Shown piece by piece: positions 59,234 to 64,000 of a DNA stretch of 64,000 nt (its first letter is position 1; the number at the start of each line of letters is the position of its first letter). This DNA comes from Candidatus Lustribacter sp. (GTDB taxonomy: Bacteria; Vulcanimicrobiota; Vulcanimicrobiia; Vulcanimicrobiales; Vulcanimicrobiaceae). The translations under genes were made by a program, and so were the position numbers. The stretch is from positions 4,096,001 to 4,160,000 of the forward strand of contig OZ255842.1 of assembly GCA_965277805.1 (NCBI GenBank), written 5' to 3'. The notes below the pieces were generated by a model. The model had not been told where the DNA came from. It worked only from the letters and a program-made list of their open reading frames with translations, and ran no database searches.

Positions 59234-60579
59234 CTAAACGCGGGGTATTCGCTGGTTTCGAACGTTCCGACGGGTTCGGTTTCGGGAATGACACCGCTCG
59301 AGCGCTGCACCTGCGCGCCGAGCGCCGAGAGCGACTCTTCCAAACGTTCGTAACCGCGATCGATGTATTCGAGGCCGATGATCTCGGTTTCGCCGCTGGC
59401 GGCGAGACCCGCGATAACCAGCGCCGCACCGGCGCGAATATCGGGCGCTTCGACCGGCGCACCGGAGAGCGCGCTGCCGCCTTTGACGAGCGCCGTGTTG
59501 TTGTCCATCGCCACGCGAACGTCGGCGCCCATGCGCGAGAGTTCGTTGACGTACGAGAAACGCGCGTTGAAGATCGACTCTTCGACGACGCTCGTGCCGG
59601 GCGTGGTGCATAGGAACGTCAGCATCTGCGGCTGCAGGTCGGTCGGGAAACCCGGATGCGGCGCCGTGACGATATCGGTGCCGCTCTTGACCGCGTCGGC
59701 TTGAATGCGAATCCAATCGTCGCCCGTCGTGACGTCAACGCCGCACTCTTGCAGCTTGAGCAAGAGCAGCGCAAGATCGTTGGGCCGGCAGCGCGTCACG
59801 GTCACGTCGCCGCGCGTGATCGCGCCCGCGATCAGCAGCGTACCGGTTTGAATGCGATCCGGAATGATCTCGTATTCGACGCCGTGCAGTTTCTTGACGC
59901 CGGTGACCGCGATCGTGTCCGAACCCTGACCAACGATCTTCGCGCCCATCGCGACGAGGAAGTTCGCCAAGTCGACGACTTCGGGTTCCATCGCGGCGTT
60001 GACGATCGTGGTCGTGCCCTTCGCCTTGATCGCGGCGAGCATCGCGTTCTTCGTCGCGCCGACGCTCGGCGTGCGGAAACGGACTTCGCTGCCGCGCAGC
60101 GTGGCGCCGTCGGCGCTCGCAACGAGGAAGCCGTGCGACACGGCGACGCTTGCTCCGAGCGCGCGGAAGGCGGCCTCGTGCATGTCGGTCGCGCGCGTGC
60201 CCAAGATGCAGCCGCCCGGGAGCGGAACTTCAGCCCGGCCGAAACGGCCGAGCAACGGACCGCAGAGATCGAACGACGCCGCGAGCTTACGCACCAGCGC
60301 GTAGGGCGCGCGGTGGGTGTTGACGTTCGAGGCATCGATCGTGATCGTGTTCGGGCCGTCGAGCGTGAGGCGCGCGCCGAGTGCTTCGAGCAGCGACCAC
60401 ATCACCGAGACGTCGGTGATGCGCGGAACGCGGTGCAGCGTCACCTTCTCGTTGGTGAGGATCGTCGCGGCCATGATGGGCAGGGCCGCGTTCTTCGCGC
60501 CGTGGGTGTCGATCGAGCCTTCGAGCCGGGCGCCGCCGCGGCAGCGCAGTATCGTGTCGAGCCGGTCGAGGACGTTCAC
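59230..60579 (-). CDS. murA: UDP-N-acetylglucosamine 1-carboxyvinyltransferase
   Basis: GAKNAALP, LPGGCILG, SVGAT, PGFPTDLQ, DIRAGA, IDRGYE; start approximate. Confidence 0.95.
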   Translation of the reverse strand: MNVLDRLDTILRCRGGARLEGSIDTHGAKNAALPIMAATILTNEKVTLHRVPRITDVSVMWSLLEALGARLTLDGPNTITIDASNVNTHRAPYALVRKLAASFDLCGPLLGRFGRAEVPLPGGCILGTRATDMHEAAFRALGASVAVSHGFLVASADGATLRGSEVRFRTPSVGATKNAMLAAIKAKGTTTIVNAAMEPEVVDLANFLVAMGAKIVGQGSDTIAVTGVKKLHGVEYEIIPDRIQTGTLLIAGAITRGDVTVTRCRPNDLALLLLKLQECGVDVTTGDDWIRIQADAVKSGTDIVTAPHPGFPTDLQPQMLTFLCTTPGTSVVEESIFNARFSYVNELSRMGADVRVAMDNNTALVKGGSALSGAPVEAPDIRAGAALVIAGLAASGETEIIGLEYIDRGYERLEESLSALGAQVQRSSGVIPETEPVGTFETSEYPAFS

Positions 60580-60793
60580 GCCGGGTCTTTGCCGCCGGGA
60601 AGCTGGCGGCCGCGGTCGCGGGCCGACTCCATCGCCCAATTACAGAGCCACAGGGCAGACAGCGGCAACGCGATCTCTAAGACCTTGACCCAAACCGGAG
60701 CAGGCTTCATTGCCCCAGGTTCATTCGCTCGTGCCACCGATGAATCTTACCGGCGGTCGTGGTACTCCAAACGTGTGATCGAACGGAGGTTTC

Positions 60794-62053
60794 GTGCAGC
60801 GTAGCATCATCGCGCCCGCCGAGCGGGTGACCAATCTCAGGTGGGGCATCGCCCTGCTGTTGGGGATCGGGATTCTGATCAGTTCGATCGACCGGATCGA
60901 CCTGACCGTCGCGGGCGGTGCCCTGGGTCACGAGTTCGGCCTCAACGCCGAGGCGCTGGGCTACCTGTTCGGCGCGTACGGCGTCACCTACGCGATCGCG
61001 CAGATCCCGGCCGGGGTGCTCCTCGACCGTTTCGGGGTCCAGCTCGTCGGGCGCGTTGCGGCGCTGGCCTGGAGCCTCTTCGCGCTGCTCAGCGCGGCGG
61101 CCGGATCGTTCGGCATGCTCGTCGCTGCGAACCTCGCCCTGGGTCTCGGCAAGGCTCCGGCCTACCCGCTGAGCGCTAAGGCGACGGGCTACTGGTTTCC
61201 GGCCCGCGAGCGGAGCACCGCGACCGCGATCTTCGATGCAGGCGCGAAGCTCGCGACGGCGATCGGGATGCCGCTCCTCTCGCTGATCGTAATGACGCAC
61301 GGCTGGCGCGCGATGTTCCTCGTCACGGGCATCGTGAGCTTGCTCTTTTTCGGCGCGTTCTTTCTCTTCTATCGCGATCCGGCCGGCGACGCGCGGCTCA
61401 CGCACGCCGAGCGCGTGCACATCGAGACCGGTAACGCGCAAGCCGCCGGGCTTCCGGCGAGTGGTGCGCTCGCGGGTTTGCTGGGTCAGGCGAAGGTGTG
61501 GGGCATCACGATCGGGTTCGGAGCCTACGGCTACGCGTTCTTTTTGCTGCTTACGTGGCTGCCCGGCTACCTCGCGAACACGTTCGGCATGTCGCTGCTT
61601 GCGACGGGCCTCTACACGGCGATCCCGTGGCTGATCGCGGCGATCGCCGAAGTGCTCGTCGGCGGCGTACTCGTCGATGCGCTGATCGCACGCGGAGCGA
61701 ATGCGATGCGCGTGCGCAAGTCCGTGCTCGTCGTCGGGATGCTGCTCGGCGTGAGCATCTTCGGCGCGGCGATGACGCGCGATCCCAACGTCGCGATCGC
61801 GTACATCGCCGTTGCGCTCGCCGGACTCGCGGTGGCCGCGCCGGTCGCGTGGTCGCTGCCGTCGCTGATCGCGCCGCCCGGGACCGTCGGCACGGTCGCA
61901 TCGATCATGAACTTCGCCAACATCGTAATGGCATTCGTTGCGCCGATCGTGGCCGGTCACATCGTTGCGTCGACCGGCAGCTTCACCAACGTGTTATACA
62001 CAGCCGCCGGAGCTTTGATCGTAGGCGTTCTCAGTTACGTACTTTTGCTCTAA
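60794..62053 (+). CDS. MFS transporter (ACS/sugar-acid type)
   Basis: IDRIDL, QIPAGVLLDRFG, WFPARER, WLPGYL; GGAGG SD. Confidence 0.88.
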   Translation: MQRSIIAPAERVTNLRWGIALLLGIGILISSIDRIDLTVAGGALGHEFGLNAEALGYLFGAYGVTYAIAQIPAGVLLDRFGVQLVGRVAALAWSLFALLSAAAGSFGMLVAANLALGLGKAPAYPLSAKATGYWFPARERSTATAIFDAGAKLATAIGMPLLSLIVMTHGWRAMFLVTGIVSLLFFGAFFLFYRDPAGDARLTHAERVHIETGNAQAAGLPASGALAGLLGQAKVWGITIGFGAYGYAFFLLLTWLPGYLANTFGMSLLATGLYTAIPWLIAAIAEVLVGGVLVDALIARGANAMRVRKSVLVVGMLLGVSIFGAAMTRDPNVAIAYIAVALAGLAVAAPVAWSLPSLIAPPGTVGTVASIMNFANIVMAFVAPIVAGHIVASTGSFTNVLYTAAGALIVGVLSYVLLL

Positions 62054-62088
62054 ATGTTGCCTTCATCTTATGACGTTACGCTGGAGGC

Positions 62089-62883
62089 ATGCCAGCACAA
62101 TTTCTCGTTTGCCCGCCCACCCCGGGGGCCTTTCCCGGCACCGATGCGCCGCGCCAGTGGGACCGCCTCATCGAGACCGTCAGCTGCGCCGGTAACGCGA
62201 GTTTTACCGAGATCGGATCGGCGCCCGACGCACCCGGTCTGACCTTCATTTCGCGCGGCGCATTGATCGTCGGGAATCTCGCGATCGTCTCGAGTTTTCG
62301 TCTGCCCGAATTCCGGCGCGAGCAAGGCACGTGCCGCCGCGCGCTCTCGGACGCCGGCCTCGCGACGACGTTCTTGTGCCAAACCTATTTCGAAGGTGCG
62401 GCCGATGCGCTGTTCGATCGCGTGAGCCCGCTGTGTTACGCCGGGTACGGCCCGCGTTCGGAACGCAGTGCGACGATGCAGCTTGCGGACGTCATGAGTT
62501 GCCGCGTCTTGCCGTTGATGCTCGTCGACGACCGCTTCGTGCACCTGGACACCGTGCTCGCTCCGCTTTCCACCGGTCACTTGCTCGTCTACATGCCGGC
62601 CTTTTCCGAACACGCGCAGAGTCTGTTGCGCCGCGCGATCGACCCGCGCTTTTTGATCGAAGTCGGCATCGACGACGCGCTCGAGCTCGCGTGCAACGCG
62701 TTGGAGATCGGTGACGCCCTGATCTTTCACCGCGTGAGCCGCAGACTGCACGCGCAGTTGAACGCGATCGGGTACCGCGTGTTCTGTACCGAACTGGACG
62801 CGTTCGTTCAGGCCGGCGGTTCGGCGAAGAGCCTCATGCTACGGCTCGACGACGGCCCGTTCGCAGTCCGGGTTGCCTCCTAG
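62089..62883 (+). CDS. Amidinotransferase/dimethylargininase-family protein lacking the catalytic Cys
   Basis: CPP, QW, FEGAAD, HLDT, ACN, GGSAKSL. Confidence 0.75.
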   Translation: MPAQFLVCPPTPGAFPGTDAPRQWDRLIETVSCAGNASFTEIGSAPDAPGLTFISRGALIVGNLAIVSSFRLPEFRREQGTCRRALSDAGLATTFLCQTYFEGAADALFDRVSPLCYAGYGPRSERSATMQLADVMSCRVLPLMLVDDRFVHLDTVLAPLSTGHLLVYMPAFSEHAQSLLRRAIDPRFLIEVGIDDALELACNALEIGDALIFHRVSRRLHAQLNAIGYRVFCTELDAFVQAGGSAKSLMLRLDDGPFAVRVAS

Positions 62884-62958
62884 CCCTTGCGTCCGGTACC
62901 GTACACAGTGGCCGGGCGGCGACTTTACGTGATAGGCTCGGCGATAGGCCGGCGCTAA

Positions 62959-63678
62959 TTGACCGTTCCTTACAAGAACGTGAGGAACATGATCACCCTG
63001 CCCCCCGGAAACTCGATCCTCGATGTTCTCAGCTCGGCGCCGGCGCTGCTCCCAAGCGCGCGCCTCGTCGCTCTGCCCAGATCCGAATTCACGACGCATC
63101 ATGACGCGGTCATGGCGTCGGTCGACTTCCCGATCACCGCGCTGTTGTCGGTCGTCGAGGTCTTGCCGGACGGCTCTACCGCCGAAATCACGAATATCGG
63201 CCGAGAGGGATTTGTCGAAATCGACGCCGCCCTGCACCACGATATCGCGATGCGCAGTTCCAGATGTTTGTGTCCCGGCGAAGTCGTCCGCGTATCGATG
63301 CGGGATTTCCAGCGGGCCTTGGGCGAGAGCAAGGTCTTCGCAGATAGCGTGTACCACGCGGTGCGCATTCGCTGCTTCGTCACCGAGCAACTCGCCGTTT
63401 GCGCAATGCGGCATGACGCTAACGAACGATTGGCGCGCTGGCTACTTCTCCTGGCTTATAAACAGCAAACCTCGTCCGTCGAAATAACGCACGAGGCGGC
63501 AGCCGGCCTGCTCGGGACGCGCCGGGCTACCGTCACGCTGGCCGCACAATTTTTGGCGCAGCGCGGTGCCATCGAGTACAATCGCGGAACGGTGCAGATC
63601 GTGAACCACGACGTGTTACGATCGCTGTCCTGCTCGTGTTACGACGTCTGCCGGAGAGCGCTCGACCAACTGATCTAA
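62959..63678 (+). CDS. Crp/Fnr family transcriptional regulator
   Basis: IGREG, ERLARWLL, THE..A.LLGTRRATVT, CSCY. Confidence 0.88.
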   Translation: MTVPYKNVRNMITLPPGNSILDVLSSAPALLPSARLVALPRSEFTTHHDAVMASVDFPITALLSVVEVLPDGSTAEITNIGREGFVEIDAALHHDIAMRSSRCLCPGEVVRVSMRDFQRALGESKVFADSVYHAVRIRCFVTEQLAVCAMRHDANERLARWLLLLAYKQQTSSVEITHEAAAGLLGTRRATVTLAAQFLAQRGAIEYNRGTVQIVNHDVLRSLSCSCYDVCRRALDQLI

Positions 63679-63681
63679 GCC

Positions 63682-64000
63682 CTACTGCGGAGGGGTCCAC
63701 ACCGCGAGAATCGCGGCGTCGTCGGGATTTTCGCCGGTCAACAGCATTTGGCGCTCGACGACCGAGGCCGTCGGGAACCGGGAGAAATTGTACGCGAAGA
63801 TCGCCGCGTTCAACAAGTCCGCCATTCCTTGCAACGGCTTCCGGTCGCGCTCGATGACACCATCGGTATACAATAACAGCAGCGTCGCGTGCGGCAAATG
63901 CTGTTCGTGCGTGCGGAACTCCGACGCCTCGAGTATTCCGAGCGGCAGGTCGGCCTCTTGAAATTCCAGGAATGACGCGCCCTGCGGGCCGACGATGATC
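63682..64000 (-). CDS. SpoIIE/PP2C phosphatase, C-terminal part (truncated by window edge)
   Basis: LPLG, LLLYTDGVIE, DDAAIL; frame is open to the edge. Confidence 0.85.
   Translation of the reverse strand, partial: IIVGPQGASFLEFQEADLPLGILEASEFRTHEQHLPHATLLLLYTDGVIERDRKPLQGMADLLNAAIFAYNFSRFPTASVVERQMLLTGENPDDAAILAVWTPPQ

Noticed and set aside
60580..60640. Fluoride-riboswitch-like GGCGATGGAGTC..GCCC and hairpin upstream of murA (minus strand)
   Set aside because: Lacks the conserved CGCC and UGAUG elements, the pseudoknot is mismatched (GACCC), and murA is not a typical target
60645..60720. c-di-GMP-I-like CACAGGGCAGAC...GCAA loop upstream of the MFS gene
   Set aside because: No GACGCAAA core and no convincing P1/P3 pairing

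Overview
High-GC bacterial chromosomal window, almost fully coding. The gene mix (SigB-type partner-switching module, YtxH/DUF948, an LptA-like protein, many orphan solute-binding proteins) suggests a diderm Terrabacteria lineage such as Eremiobacterota/Vulcanimicrobiota; this is an inference. 1-21.3 kb is a dense accessory catabolic cluster: Rieske oxygenase, two 4,5-dihydroxyphthalate-decarboxylase-like genes, two luciferase-like monooxygenases, two class II aldolases, OYE, FAH, CMD, cupin, DUF3500, a heme-c-motif adenylate cyclase, MarR, four SBPs and one ABC transporter. It ends beside tRNA-Leu(CAG), and three of its divergent promoters share a GTTAG-N4-CTAAC-like palindrome. 21.9-31.4 kb holds transporters, HtrA, an SDR and a TetR/DHA2 pair. 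31.4-38.7 kb is a split NHEJ locus (Ku, LigD-Pol, LigD PE-ligase coupled to a GAF-PP2C phosphatase) with SigB-like promoters. 38.7-64 kb holds FUSC, two GT-C-like membrane proteins, serA plus a phosphatase, beta-CA, a VanA-like oxygenase, alaS, sigB-rsbW-rsbV, iscS, rarA, lptA-like, mreB, murA, an MFS, a degenerate amidinotransferase and Crp. Most notable: apparent ATC start codons (mreB, DHA2 pump), a TetR with a transposase-like N-terminal arm, the putative MarR regulon, and the SigB-NHEJ-phosphatase link. No CRISPR array, rRNA, integrase or intact transposase was seen. All calls come from reading motifs by eye; no searches were run.
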